Shown here: in pieces, positions 50,575 through 64,000 of the stretch
How positions within the stretch are numbered: the stretch's first letter is position 1
How the letters are laid out: each line of letters opens with the position of its first letter
From: Octopus sinensis
Taxonomy: Eukaryota
Direction: 5' to 3'
Length of the DNA: 64,000 nt
NCBI RefSeq assembly: GCF_006345805.1
Contig: NC_043002.1
Coordinates: 111,600,001-111,664,000 of the forward strand
Notes under the pieces: generated by a model
Database searches by the model: none
The model's input: only the letters and a program-made list of their open reading frames with translations
What the model was told of the DNA's origin: nothing
Program-made: the position numbers and the translations under genes

Positions 50575-53326
50575 TGTAGTGATCCTATAACGGTGCGCGC
50601 GCGCGCACCGTCCATTTTCTATTTCGCGCGTGCGAGTGTTGGTGCCTTCACCAAGGCACAGAAAGGAAGGGCCCTCTCGCGCATGCGCGAAGCACCGGAA
50701 GAAGAACCCTTTTGCCTACATAGCAGTTAGCGAGGCAAGGGGGTCGTAGAACGTTTGACCACTAGCAGCAGTCAGCGGGGACTTGGGACAGCACTCGACC
50801 GAAGGCGACGGACGTATATTATTCTCGCTGTCCAGCTCTGATAGCAGTCGGCCGAATGTTTTCACCAAATTGTTGCCGACCACATTCATCTTCCCTGTTC
50901 CGGACGCCATCTTTAACCCGTTCTGTTTTTAGCGGCTGAACATTGTAAATATTACAATCCATTAACTTTCAGCCTTGCGCGCCCAGAACCAAGGACATCA
51001 GATAACCACTTATTGTTACTGTTACCACATTAGAGAATAAAGTAGTATATATATCTTTTACGTCTGCGTCCTGTTTGTTTCTGACTGGTAGAATTCTGGA
51101 TTAGTAAAGCAACGGCTAGTGATTGCTTTGTGCACCCCAAAAGTGCACGAGGATATTCACACTAAGTTCGTTACAGTGGTGACCCCGACGTGATTCTGGT
51201 CTAAAACCAGAGATCACTTAACAACAAAAAATCCAGTTTTTCTGCGAAGTCGGAACACGATTTAACTCTACGCAGTCATCATCTTTCGACGATTTGTTTC
51301 CGGCCACCACAAACAGTTGTAGAAGGAGCCTCTTTCTTATTCTACAGCCATGATGACGGACGCCATCATATCAACGATGCCTTTTCTCTACCTTCGTCAT
51401 CGCCATCGTCGTCTTTCTACTTCACGTCGTCGTTATCTTCGTCGCCATCATCACTAAGAACGATGTTGTCTCAAGTCCACTACAGTCGCCTTCCTCCACC
51501 ACCGTCGCCTTTCAACACCGTCGACCTCCACAAGATGTACATAGCAACTCGCGGAACTTTAGCGTGCACGCTGTATGTGCATATGCACACCAAGGATTAA
51601 CAGCACCGTCTATCTACGAGATTTCTTCTGTACCCAGTTAACATGTCACAGCATCGAAGCTACAACCGCTACACATTGTGTTCAACCGGCATCTGCATTT
51701 TGTGATTTCAACATTTCTGTTACAGAACGAACTGCTATTGTGCATCAGGCTATTACAGACTGGTAAATTAACTCTTGTCTGAAATAGCACTTGAGAGACA
51801 TTTTTTCTATGCGCTGTATTTATTTTTTTGCTCGCATTTCACCTTGTATGTATTTCTGTTGCACACTCGTACACACACATAAATGCTATCTCTCACATAC
51901 ATACGTCACACATGCTTTTCTCGCTTGTTTTTTTTCCATGCTGAATTTGCCTTTGTGGACACACCTCATTTCTGTAGACCCTAAGGGGTCACGTATATAT
52001 AGAGAGGGTTGTTTGTCCATTATAACGCGCCAGCATGTCATACTTTTGTTCCTGTGCGAACGAGGCATATAATCGCTCAACCACTGGTATATTCATTGCT
52101 GTTTTTCGGTCTGGCAAGCACTATTGTATTTCATGCGCCTTTTGCTCCGCACGTGTGCTTGCCTTGTTTTTTGCAACACGTTTGCGTTGGCTTAGTTCTT
52201 TTCCCGACTCATGGGACGTCGGATGTTCACATGCGCTGCGCCATGTTTAGGCGTAATTATTTTTCCCTGTTAGACCACTGTTGGTCACGTAATTAACAGA
52301 AAATTATCTGTGTCGCGCATCACACCTGCATGTTTGCACTTTTGCCTTTTGTGTTACTAGCGAGCTTCTGTCAATTCCATTTCCTCTCCTGCAGCAATTG
52401 ATTTAACTGCTATTTTGCAGGATCAACCACCTTTAGAGAAGTTGGATTTTAATTTCGCCTAGGTTCATTGACTGTGAGTTTTGCTTTCCCTCCGCTCCTT
52501 TCAGCGGAAGGGTTTATACTTTGTGACGTATACACTTTCATGCATGCACTCTTGATTTTTGCTCATTGAGTATTTTTTTCTCTTTTTCCTTTAGTAAATT
52601 TCTTGTGTATGTTATAAATTTTGCCATTTTATTATATTGTGTGCTATTTGGTTGTCTGGTATCCACCTTGAGTTTTGCAGTCACTACAATAAGCTTCCTT
52701 CGTGCGTACGCACTGGATGGGAGCCTTGTAGTGATCCTATAACGGTGCGCGCGCGCGCACCGTCCATTTTCTATTTCGCGCGTGCGAGTGTTGGTGCCTT
52801 CACCAAGGCACAGAAAGGAAGGGCCCTCTCGCGCATGCGCGAAGCACCGGAAGAAGAACCCTTTTGCCTACGTAGCAGTTAGCGAGGCAAGGGGGTCGTA
52901 GAACGTTTGACCACTAGCAGCAGTCAGCGGGGAGTTGGGACAGTAGCGACCGAAGGCGACGGACGTATATTATTCTCGCTGTCCAGCTCTGATAGCAGTC
53001 GGCCGAAGGTTTTCACCAAATTGTTGCCGACCACATTCATCTTCCCTGTTCCGGACGCCATCTTTAACCCGTTCTGTTTTTAGCGGCTGAACATTGTAAA
53101 TATTACAATCCATTAACTTTCAGCCTTGCGCGCCCAGAACCAAGGACATCAGATAACCACTTATTGTTACTGTTACCACATTAGAGAATAAAGTAGTATA
53201 TATATCTTTTACGTCTGCGTCCTGTTTGTTTCTGACTGGTAGAATTCTGGATTAGTAAAGCAACGGCTAGTGATTGCTTTGTGCACCCCAAAAGTGCACG
53301 AGGATATTCACACTAAGTTCGTTACA
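50575..53326 (+). mobile_element. Non-autonomous LTR retrotransposon (Gypsy-like structure)
   Basis: LTRs 50575-51175 and 52727-53326 (TG...CA, about 1% diverged); 4-bp TSD AATG; PBS at 51177; purine-rich tggatgggag before the 3' LTR; 1.55-kb interior without gag/pol ORF. Confidence 0.92.
51177..51194 (+). promoter_or_regulatory. Primer-binding site complementary to the tRNA-Trp 3' end
   Basis: TGGTGACCCCGACGTGAT, 1 nt downstream of the 5' LTR. Confidence 0.88.
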
Positions 53327-54261
53327 AATGTATATATATAAGTGTCAGAAAATCTAATTACTAATTCATACTTATCTATTTGCTTTATTGGTAACTTGAT
53401 AAACACCAAAATGTTGTTATTAATATGTCTCTTGTTTAGTCCTTGGACTACACCGATTGACTTATGGTCAAACACGTTCTAACTCGTGAACCGTGATGTT
53501 TTTCCTTGATATTGCATGGTAGGATATGATTCGAGGGGGATTTTGCTCTTAATTTTCGCAGGCCCTTCTCTGCTCGAACCAGCTGTGAAGCACATGCAAA
53601 ACCTTGCTTTGTTCTTACTTTTAGATATTTGAAACCAGTTATGTGTTGATTATTCAGTTATAACAACACACTATGGTGTGGAGAAATTGTTGCGAAGGTA
53701 TGATAGCAGATAATGAGTTCATAAGTTGGTGAGTTCGGATCAACTACTAGCAATCCGTTGAAATTATTTGCGGACGTTAGTGCTACATAGCCTCAGTTTA
53801 TTCAGCTATTTAAAAGAGGGATCGAATTTCCTGAGAGTTCACTGAGTCTACATGACCAGATTGCCTTATCTCCCCTTATCCTTTGAGAAGTTTGACATTT
53901 CTACAACGTTTTGTTTCGTCTCCGATTCAGATGGAAATATTAATTAACTAAGCATATACTCGGTGCAGCATTCAGTACTATCCAAATTCATGCCATTGGA
54001 ATTTTTGCGTTATTTCTCTTGGCATTTTTATCCCATTTTTTAAAATTATGCAAATTACCCTCAACCCAAAATCAATTATCTATAAGTAAAAATTCATTTA
54101 TTTACTGCCAGTCTGCGTTACATTACGTGATCAGGATCAAATAAGCTGAAATGTAGGTCCCAAATTCGTTGATTACCTGCAAGCAAAAAATTAGACTGTT
54201 CTTCGCCAAGCATTAAAATTTACAAGCGTGGTTTTTTTAAAAAAGATACTTATAGTTAAAG

Positions 54262-54789
54262 CCCAGCATCCCCATCGGATCATTCTACACATCTGTGTAA
54301 TTTTTCACTCAATTCCACCCAGCTGTTTGACCGTGAATCCCAAGATAAGAAAGAACCACTCATGTCAAAGTTATATCTATGTATGTATATAATAGCATGT
54401 TATTGAAAAGGCAGCTGCTGAACAACAATCTTTTTTGTGCATGGCACAAAAGATTGTACAGCAGCTGACCTGGCTCCATCAATCTCACAGATGGGACTAT
54501 CCACAATACACAAGACCACCACAGCAAATAGACCCAAGGTGGGCACCACTGGCAACAACACACACATCACCTCGATGCTCCTACTGAACATCAGAGGACT
54601 GCTAACACTCAGGAACAGGACAAAAATCCCTTTCTTGAGAGACTTTGTTACATGCAATCACGCCTTATGCATAGCACTTAAGGAAACACACCTGACACCA
54701 GATATAGCAGATGCGGAAATACACATACCACAGTATGTTGTATTACGGACCGACAGGAAAGAAAGGAGCCATGGTGGAGTTGCTATGTA
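54262..54789 (+). mobile_element. Inverted partial copy of the 5' part of the same LINE
   Basis: Near-identical reverse complement of about 48996-49523; ends at GGVAM, lacks the 3' end. Confidence 0.88.
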
Positions 54790-55059
54790 AGTTGCAAACG
54801 ATTGCTCTTAGGCTTTTGCTTTCTGTTCCTAAGTGAGAGGAAACTTTCAATAGTTAAGTACAGTGTTCAGCACATTTGCTTTTAGCTTAATATTTAAATC
54901 GATGTCGATGTTCTGAATTTGTTTTCGTCTGTTCTTTATATTTATTTGCAAATACTTCTGACAAGGGGCGATCAGTTGTGAAAATTATTAGGTCGTCAAG
55001 TATGAAATTTGTAGAAGAGAAAAAAAAGTTTGCTTATATTTTATGAATACAAGGGATAG

Positions 55060-56262
55060 TTTTATTCATCAGAGTATGCACCCTTATTCTCAATACACTT
55101 TTGCCATTTCAGTGATAGTTTGTCCAGCCCGGAACTGTAAAAGCTTGGCAATCTAGAGTCAATAAAATCTTAGAAAGCCTGTTTTACAGCATTGTCGGAA
55201 TTAAATTTTTTCCTCTGAAAAAGTTATTCAAATTCTGGAAGAAGTGGTAGTCAGTGGAGGCAAGATCAGGTGAGTATGGTGGATGATGGAGAACTTCCAA
55301 CTCCAACTCATGTCGTTTTGCCAATGTCATTTTTGCGATGTGTGGTCTGGCGTTGTCTTACAATAAAATAGGTGTGGATCTGTTGACTAATCTAGGCTGT
55401 TTTTTTTCTCTTTTTATAAGTTTCTGCATCATTTGGTCCAGTTGGCTGCAGTATACTTCGGCCGTGATTGATGAGCCAGGTTTAATGAAATCATAATGGA
55501 TCACACCTGCGCCAGACCACCAAACACTCACCATCAGCTTCAGTTGAGGAATTTTGCTTTTTGGACAGTGTTTTGGTGGCTCGTCTTTGTCCAACCATTG
55601 TGCTGAACGTTTACGGTTGTTGTATTGGATCCATTTCTCATCACATGTTACAATTCGATTCAAAAATGACTCATTTTTGTGACGAGAAAGTAGCATAATG
55701 CGAGCTTCTAAACTTTGCTGTTTCTGATTTTCATTGAGTTCATGTGTAACCCACTTATCCAAATTTTTCACTTTACCGATTTGAATTAAGTGAGTCAATA
55801 TTGTTTGCTTGCTAACACCAAACAACAACGATAATTCATAGGCACTTTGAAACAGGTCTGACTTGGCAGTGGCTTTCATTTCGTCATTATCCACCTCTGT
55901 TTCTGGTCAACCGCGTTGCTCATTTGTGAGGTTACCAGAACGAAATTTTGCAAACCAATTTGATACTGTCTGCTGTGTAATAACATTAGAATGAAATACT
56001 CCATTAATATTCCGAGCTGTCCGTGATGCAGTATTTCCAAGAAAGAACTCGTATTTCAAAACTGTACGAATTTCCGATTTATCCAGCTCTAAACAAAAAT
56101 AGCAAAAAATGATTTATAAATACTGTATAAAGTTCAAAATGAGTTAGAATAAGAAAAAGATGTGTCAGCTTTCTAACAAAAAAAAATAAAGATTGTCAAA
56201 ATATAATAATGGCGCAAAATGAGCAGCTGTCAAAGTTTACCATATCACTTGATGACCTAATA
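55060..56262 (-). mobile_element. Mariner (DD34D-type) transposon, degenerate
   Basis: WVTHEL, IVTCDEKWIQYNN, KLMVSVWW, DNARPH remnant; TIR-like end. Confidence 0.88.
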
Positions 56263-56269
56263 TATCACA

Positions 56270-57915
56270 TCAGCGCGTGGGATAAGTACAATTATCCAGT
56301 CGTTTGAAAGTAATTACTACCATGATATGGCTTCTAAGCTTTAACGGAGTCTGCGACAAAAGTTCCTTTTCGAGTTATGGATATATCACTTCTTTTACAA
56401 ATATTTTTAGAGATGGTATGAACGCCCAAAATTCAATTCATCTAATCTCTTAATAATGATAATAAACCCCTGATGGATATTTCTCATTCTAAGTTTCTAT
56501 CAATTGGTTCTATCATTCTTGTACATGCTGTGTGCATTACACACACGCCTCCCTCACTTCACATTATCAAGTATGGTGACCGAAGATTTTAATCAGAACC
56601 TGAGTTTCCAGCATTTCATTTCTGTACATACGAAATCCTTCAGTGGTATACACCCAGAACCACGCTAATAACTTAGGAGTGAAATTTAGGATTTCTCGGT
56701 TTTCTGCGAATCGAATTTGATAAAATGTTTCCCTTCTGGTTTGCACTCTATGGCAACACCATTGTTATGTTTTCATTGTTATTTTTTATTTCAGATTCTT
56801 CAGTTTTTGTATGAACCTCGCTAATAGTGTCTCTTCTCTCTAAGGACAATGGGACGTGGAAAAGGTCTGAACGATGAAGAAACGTCTGTCATAATCAAAG
56901 AATGTGCTAAAGGCACCTCTCTTCATGTCATTGCAAAGAAGTTAAGCCGTCACGTGGACACGGTTAGACGATTCCTGAAGGACCCTTCGCCAAGGAAAAT
57001 GATCCGCTTGTGGGACCTCCAAGACTGTGACTTAAGGAATATTGACCGCAAGTTTCGTGGGAAACCTGGACAAACAAGCAGGACCATTTTCAACGCTTCC
57101 GGACTTCCTCATGTACCAAAAACTACCAGAAATTACATTCTCGGGGCCATGGCTTCCGTGCGAGAACCCCTGAAACTGTTTCCTTTAGGAGTTTGAGGCT
57201 TCAATGGGCCAAAAATTTCATGACGTTAGACATGGGTTGTGTTCTGATCATTGACGAAACCAGGGCGACTCTTGACGGACCTGATGGCTTGGCAAATGGT
57301 TGGGTCTATTTTGGAGATGAGCGTCACCAACGTTTACGACGTCAACAACAGGGTGGAAGAGTCATGCTGTGGGCTGGTATCATTGGGGACAGACTTGTTG
57401 GCCCAGTCAGGATGCCTGAAGGGGTTAAAGTGACCGCAGCCGCTTACTACAATCTCCTGAAGAAGGTCTTGAATCCCTGGCTAGATGACATACCACTGTC
57501 ACTTCTAAGGAATCACGTATTCATGCATGACAAACACTCCTTGCTACTCTGCTAGGACCACCCAAACATTACTAGGGTCTTATGACATACAAGATGAAAG
57601 GTTGATGGTGTGGCCGCCTGCATCACCGGATCTCTCTTGAAAATCTTTGGTCCATCATTAAACAAGATGTTCATGCCAATGGGCGCCAATTCACGTCGAA
57701 AGATGTCTTATGGGCGACCATCAAAGGTGCAGCAGAGACAGTCAAATCTGCTACTATTAAGAAATTGATAGATTACATGACTAATAGGGTTTTTGAAGTT
57801 ATCTGTCGAAATGCTGCTTAAGTGGCTATTATAATTCATTATGTCATTCAATGTTATAATGTCATTATGGGTTTCTGTTAAATACAAACTCAAAGTATGC
57901 TTGATATGTATCATT
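56270..57915 (+). mobile_element. Tc1-like transposon, frameshifted; rearranged pieces also at about 58093-58570 (-) and 60060-60195 (+)
   Basis: MGRGKGL...HTH region, DETRATLDGPDG, GGRVMLWAGI, FMHD, WPPASPD. Confidence 0.85.
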
Positions 57916-58717
57916 ATCCTTCATTTTCTAAGAAAAAAAAGAAGTATATATACTCTTTTACTTGTTTCAGTCATTTGACTGCGGCCATGCTGGAGCACCG
58001 CCTTTAGTCGAGCAAATCGACCCCGGGACTTATTCTTTGTAAGCTCAGTACTTATTTTATCGGTCTCTTTTGCCGAACCGCTAAGTGACGGGTTCACCCC
58101 AAAACTGAAGAATCTGAAATAAAAAAGAAAGGACGTTACACAAAATAATGTAAACATAGCAATGGTGTTGCCATAGTGTGCAAACCAGCTGGGAAAAGTT
58201 TTATCAAAATCGATTCTCAGAAAACTGAGAAATCTTGTTTAATGATGGGCCAAAGATTTTCAATAGAGATCCGGTGATGCCACACCATCAACCTTTCATC
58301 TTGTATGTCATAAGACCCTAGTAATGTTTGGGTGGTCCTAGCAGAGTGGCAGGGAGTGTTGTCATGTATGAATTCTTTAAAAGTGACAGTGGTATGTCAT
58401 CTAGCTAGGGATTCAAGACCTTCTTCAGGAGATTGCAGTAAGCGGCTGCGGTCACTTTAACCCCTTCAGGCATCCTGACTGGGTCAACAAGTCTGTCCCC
58501 AATGATACCAGAGTTATTGAAGTTATTAGCGTGGATCTGGGTGTGTATGTTTTGCACCGATACAGTTCATGGCTGTGTCGCCTGTGACTGGACCTACAAT
58601 CAAAGGTGTTACACCTGTGACAATTTCGCTAAGCTGTAATGTGAGGGGAATCGTAGCTGCTCCCTCAGTTCGTATTTGAATGAACCCTGGCTATGGATTA
58701 AAATCTCCAGTTACCAT

Positions 58718-59099
58718 AGGCGCAGGAGTGGTTGTGTGGTAAGTAGCTTGCTAACCAACCACATGGTTCCGGGTTCAGTCCCACTGCGTGGCACCTTGGG
58801 CAAGTGTCTTCTGCTATAGCCCCGGGCCGACCAATGCCTTGTGAGTGGATTTGGTAGACGGAAACTGAAAGAATCCCGTCGTATATATGTGTGTGTGTGT
58901 TTGTGTTTGTCCCCCTAGCATTGCTTGACAATCGATGCTGGTGTGTTTATGTCCCCGTCACTTAGTGGTTCGGCAAAAAGAGACCGATAGAATAAGTACT
59001 GGGCTTACAAAAGAATAAGTCCCGGGGTCGATTTGCTCGACTAAAAAAGGCGGTGCTCCAGCATGGCCGCAGTCAAATGACTGAAACAAGTAAAAGAGT
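58718..59099 (+). mobile_element. SINE family A (a partial copy also at 57952-58093, minus strand)
   Basis: Homology to the other copies. Confidence 0.9.
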
Positions 59100-60833
59100 A
59101 TATGTACCTGAAGAAAAAACTGTTTTGCTCAGGCCGAGGTAAAATGACTGTCTATCAGCATTCCAGACTAATTTGGAGTTTCCATTTCTTCAGATAATTC
59201 GATTTCAGGATTGAAAACTACATATCTACATCCTAGAGTGACTAAATTAAATTAACCAATCTCAGCGATAAAATTGAACATCCAGCGAGATTTGACAACT
59301 TAGGGGCAATAACTCTGGATAAGAGTTATTTCCCTTCAACCGTTTAAATATTCCTTGTAAGCCCGAAATATATTTTTTGAGCCAAATAAATTTTCGTTTC
59401 AACAAATATATATTTCCTTTCCTTTCTTCTGTTTTTAGGAGTAATAGAGGAATTGTATGATGTGACGTACATGGCGTTTCTAAGAACAATAATTTTCTAA
59501 ATTAACTGAAAATAGAAACTTGCGCAAGATCTCTACTAGATAAACGCTTACAACTCACATGGGCGAGCTGGCAGAACCGTTAGCACGCTGGGCGAAATGC
59601 GTAGCCGTATTTCGTCTGCCGTTACGTCCTGAGTTCAAATTCCGCCGAGGTTGACTTTGTCTTTTATCCTTTCGGGGTCGATATAAAAAGTACCAGTTTC
59701 GCACTGGGGTCGATGTAATCGACTTAATACCTATGTCTGTCCTTGTTTGTCCTCTCTGTGTTTAGCCCCTTGTGGGCAGCAAAGAAATATACAACTCACA
59801 TTTGTTAGTTTGAAATCTTGAAAATACAAACATCCTCTTATCTTCGTAGCTTATTTGTTGGATGTACTCTAATAAAAAAAAATATTCCTGTGCACCAACC
59901 ACATATATATTTAGCAATAAAGACACTACTGCAAAGCTATATCATTACAACCACTACTGACTTTAATAATGATTCTCTTCTGCATATTTTTAGTCTTTTC
60001 AATACTAAAAAAAAAAAAGCTAAAATGGTACCATTGTTAGAATATGTCTTGTTCCAGTAGTCCAGTGGTTTTGATAAAACTTTTCCCAGCTGGTTTGCAC
60101 ACTATGTCAACACCATTGTTATGTTTACATTATTTTGTGTAACATCCTTTCTTTTTTATTTCAGATTCTTCAGTTTTGGGGTGAACCACACTAATAGCTT
60201 TTGAATGAAAATATCCCATATAGACTTCTATGGAGCCCTTTGATTACTGTTTTATTCTGGTGTCCCCTACTAGCCATTCAATGTTTAGAAACTAGTTTCA
60301 TAGATACATCTTGCAAAATTCCGGTTTTGTTTTTCACCCATACACTTGTGCTGGTTTGCAACTCTTCGAGAGAACATGTTTCAGTGGAATTAGAGGAAAA
60401 GTATTAGAGGAAAAGACCTTGTTGTTTCTAACAATAAGTACATCTAAAGCAAACTTTTTTTTTTCATGGATCCTTAAAATGCTACTGTGGATCCTCAATT
60501 TACCATTTTGATTGCTTGGATTTCCAAAAATCTTATGTGGACCCCAGTTGAGAATCACTGCTGTAGTCCAATGAAGGTATTTTGATCTGTCAGAGCAGTT
60601 CAAACGCCACCTACAGTCTTAAAAACTGGACACAAGTGTTCGTGTAGTTTTAGATGTACAGAGAAATAAGCAAGTTATATCTGGAGTGTTTTTGGTCATA
60701 GCTCTACTTGATCAGAGCTGACCAGAGGCCTACACAGCAAGAAGGTTGTTCACACCTTGAAGTATTTTATGGTTCTTTTTAGAAAGTCATCACAAAATTT
60801 AAGAAAAAGTATTGTATTAATGGTGGTCATGAA

Positions 60834-60953
60834 AATGATGAGGAGACAGTATATCCACCCTTAAATGATGAGGAGACAGTATATCCACCCTTAAATGATG
60901 AGGAGACAGTATATCCACCCTTAAATGATGAGGAGACAGTATATCCACACTTA
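60834..60953. repeat. Minisatellite, 4 x 30 bp
   Basis: aatgatgaggagacagtatatccaccctta; the last copy has one mismatch. Confidence 0.95.
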
Positions 60954-61139
60954 CATTGTTTATGCCTTTCAGTTATGCAGCTTATGAAAATAATAATAAT
61001 AATAATAAGAGCTCTTCTGATCTGTTTTCTTGCCAATGTTAACTTGGTTGGGAGTTTAAACAGTACATAAGCTAAATTTAATTCATTTAATTATCCCCTG
61101 GGGGTGGGGGTTAAAGTGTTATTAGACATTAACCCTGCC

Positions 61140-61500
61140 CTTCTTCAGATGGCAGACACCCATAAAATTATCAACCATCGTACAAACAATAACTCTGAGC
61201 ACCTTTTCAAACTCCACCCATCTAACACCCGTGGACATATTTACAAAGTAAGAAAACAGCACAGCTCCCATGACTTCAGAAAACATTTTTTCACGCTGAG
61301 AGTTGCTGAAGCATGGAACAAACTGCCAGCATCAGTTGTTAGTTGTCGGAGCACTGCATCCTTCAAAACTTCCATGCTTTCTGAGATTCGCCAACACTAC
61401 ACCTGATTTTCTCCCCTCCATACACACACAGGCATGTATCTGACTCATACATTGTTCGCTTTCCAGACATTTTTACATTACTGCATGTACTTTATATGCA
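61140..61500 (+). mobile_element. CR1-like LINE 3' fragment
   Basis: NTRGHIYKV...FFTLRVAEAWNKLP...SFK. Confidence 0.8.
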
Positions 61501-61504
61501 CTTT

Positions 61505-61820
61505 CTGTGTAAGCCCAGTACTTATTCTATCGGTCTCTTTTGCCGAACCGCTAAGTGACGGGGACGTAAACACACACCAGCATCGGTTGTCAAGCAATGC
61601 GAGGGGGACAAACACAGACACACACACACACATATATATATATATACATATATACGACAGGCTTCTTTCAGTTTCCGTCTACCAAATCCACTCACAAGGC
61701 ATAGGTCGGCCCGGGGCTATAGCAGAAGACACTTGCCCAAGATGCCACGCAGTGGGACTGAACCCAGAACCATGTGGTTGGTTAGCAAGCTACTTACCAC
61801 ACAGCCACTCCTGCGCCTAT
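61505..61820 (-). mobile_element. SINE family A, 3'-truncated
   Basis: Homology to the other copies. Confidence 0.88.
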
Positions 61821-62129
61821 GTGTGGGATTAAAAGAGCTGGTGCCTAATTTGAATTGATATAGATTCAAGTTCTAATCAACTGTTAATTTGGAACAATTT
61901 CAAACTCCAATTATATGAGAAGGAGAACAAATGAGAGAGGAATCCCCAAATAAGTTATATAGAAGGAGGAGGAGGAGGAAGAGTTGATACAAGGTGTGAC
62001 TATGAAGAGGGTAGAGATCAACATCGTTTCAGTTTACAATTAAGTAGTAGGAGGAATTTATTTATAAGATCCTTTGTGGTTATTGTTCAGCCACACATGT
62101 GGCTGTATCATGAACTACAATATCAAATA

Positions 62130-62427
62130 CTAGCAGTATCGCCCGGCGTTGCTCAGGTTTGTAAGGGAAATAACTATATAAGCATTTTTAGAGAGTTATA
62201 GCCAAAAAATAGCAAAAAATGCATTAAAAATGGAAAAAAAGTGATGGTAAATTTTTTTTAAATCGTTGACTCATCGTAGATGCGCGCTAATACCCAGAAG
62301 GGCTCGATATGAATCACGACTATAAGATACCCGGTTTTGGTTAAACTGCACCGCAAAATGTGGGAGTAGTTAGGAATCTAAATCGTAGGAGACAGACAGC
62401 ACACAACCTTACTTTTATATATAAAGA
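62130..62427 (-). mobile_element. Non-autonomous Helitron
   Basis: Reverse complement of the same family. Confidence 0.85.
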
Positions 62428-62702
62428 TATCACTTGAAGGAAATGTAGGTGTTATTTCCAGCTGATTGAGTGACCATGTAGAAGCCCCTTCTTTGATCCA
62501 AAAGGAATTTCCCCTCATTGTAAAAAAAAAAAAAAAAAATTGAAGATGCTGGAGCCATTCTAGCAAAGAAATAAATCAGAATGAAGAATCAGATAACTGA
62601 GTTGAAATTTAAATAAATCCAAGATACAAACTCTGTCAATGACCAAAATTTATATTTCCACAGATAAAAGCAAAACTAAAAATGTGGGGAGAATAGAACA
62701 TG

Positions 62703-63087
62703 TAGGCGCAGGAGTGGCTGTGTGGTAAGTAGCTTGTTTACCAACCACATGGTTCCGGGTTCGGTCCCACTGCGTGGCACCTTGGGCAAGTGTCTTCTAC
62801 TAATAGCCTCGGGCCGACCAAAGCCTTGTGAGTGGATTTGGTAGACGGAAACTGAAAGAAGCCCGTCGTATATATGTATATATATGTATGCGTGTATGTT
62901 TGTGTTTGTCCCCCTAGCATTGCTTGACAACCGATGCTGGTGTGTTTATGTCCCCATCACTTAGCGGTTCGGCAAAAGAGACCGATAGAATAAGTACTGG
63001 GCTTACAAAGAATAAGTCCCGGGGTGCTCCAGCATGGCCGCAGTCAAATGACTGAAACAAGTAAAAGAGAGTAAAAGAGTAAAGAGT
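62703..63087 (+). mobile_element. SINE family A (a decayed inverted copy at about 63150-63360)
   Basis: Homology to the other copies. Confidence 0.9.
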
Positions 63088-63639
63088 ATGTAGACTTCAA
63101 TCTTAGTTTATCAAATGATTAATACCATTACTTATGATAGACATTATAGCTTCTTTTATTTTTTACTTGTTTCAGTCATTACACTGTGGCCATGCAGGAG
63201 CATCACCTTGAAACATTTTTAGTTGAATAAATCAACTCCAGTACTTATTTTTTGTTAAGGCTGGTATTTATTCTCTTCTGTTGAGCTGCTAAGTTATGGG
63301 GACATAAACATACCAACACTGGTTGTCAAGGGGTAATGTGGGACAAATACACACACACACCTGTATATTGATATGTAATTATAAGATCCAAGGATGTAAG
63401 TGTAGGAAGTTTGTAAGCTTTGAGTAGTCCGTGGTAGGTACAAAAACCAGCATTCAGGAACAATTATAATTTATTGACATAGAAGGTTGTAGGCTTTTCT
63501 GATATTGAGGCTTGATAAACTGAAAAATACTTTTTTATAACTCATGGATAGCAACTTGAGTTACTATGAATGCAAATAAAAATCCAAAATAAGGGAGTGT
63601 AGTAGGTGAAATTCAGGCTACATGTTTCCTAGCGAGCAG

Positions 63640-64000
63640 ATCCTCTGATGTAGATGGCCATGCTCAATATGTAGGAAAGGCATAGGAAGAAACTCCATAA
63701 GATGTTCCTGCTGCAACCCAATGGCACATAAGAGGTACAGCAATATCAAAGGAACGTTAACAGGGAAAATAGTCTTTGTGTGTGACATATGTACAGAGAT
63801 ACAATAAACACTAGAAATGTACATAAAATAGATTTTGTCAAATGCCGCAGGGACATCTAGAAGTAGGTGATAGTTTCCGTTATTTAGGTGACCAAGTCAG
63901 CAGTGGAGGTGGATACTCTGAGAGTGTAGCCGCAAGAATAAGAATAGGCAGGGCAAAGTTCAGAGAGCTTCTACTTCTGTTGGTAACAAATGGCCTCTCT
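63640..64000 (+). mobile_element. RTE-clade LINE RT fragment (runs off the window)
   Basis: DSFRYLGDQVSSGGG.SESVAARIRIG.AKFRELL.LLVT.GLS. Confidence 0.75.

Noticed and set aside
54127-54176. 50-nt AG/GT-bounded candidate upstream GPCR exon (other weak candidates at about 36898-36984, 28389-28473 and 60955-60980)
   Set aside because: No recognisable domain, and no way to link them without RNA data; some lie beyond the assembly gap

Overview
Repeat-saturated, AT-rich metazoan genomic DNA, very likely an octopus (inferred from the tRNA-derived SINE types and the extreme microsatellite load), with a 100-N scaffold gap at 38302-38401. The only host gene I can support is an adhesion GPCR on the minus strand. 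Eight phase-compatible exons (22361 to 824, 1117 nt) encode HormR, GAIN, a GPS with intact HL/T, and TM1; its start and TM2-7 were not found in order in the window. A decayed copy of the TM2-TM4 exon lies out of order in the GPS-TM1 intron. The rest is mobile DNA: three or four SINE families, autonomous-derived and non-autonomous Helitrons, and Merlin, maT (DD37D), mariner, Tc1, Tigger and hAT remnants. There are also CR1/L2-, RTE-, R4/Dong- and Penelope-like retroelement remnants, and a young non-autonomous LTR element with a tRNA-Trp PBS. The most interesting signal is a set of minimal type I hammerhead-ribozyme motifs, each with a different self-complementary helix III, in four unrelated repeats. 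Two of these are head-to-tail dimers (358 bp and about 575 bp units, one hammerhead per unit), the architecture of retrozymes / Penelope pseudo-LTRs that can yield monomeric or circular RNA. All folds were done by eye and need computational and biochemical confirmation. Almost all ORFs in the supplied track are microsatellite or SINE artefacts.
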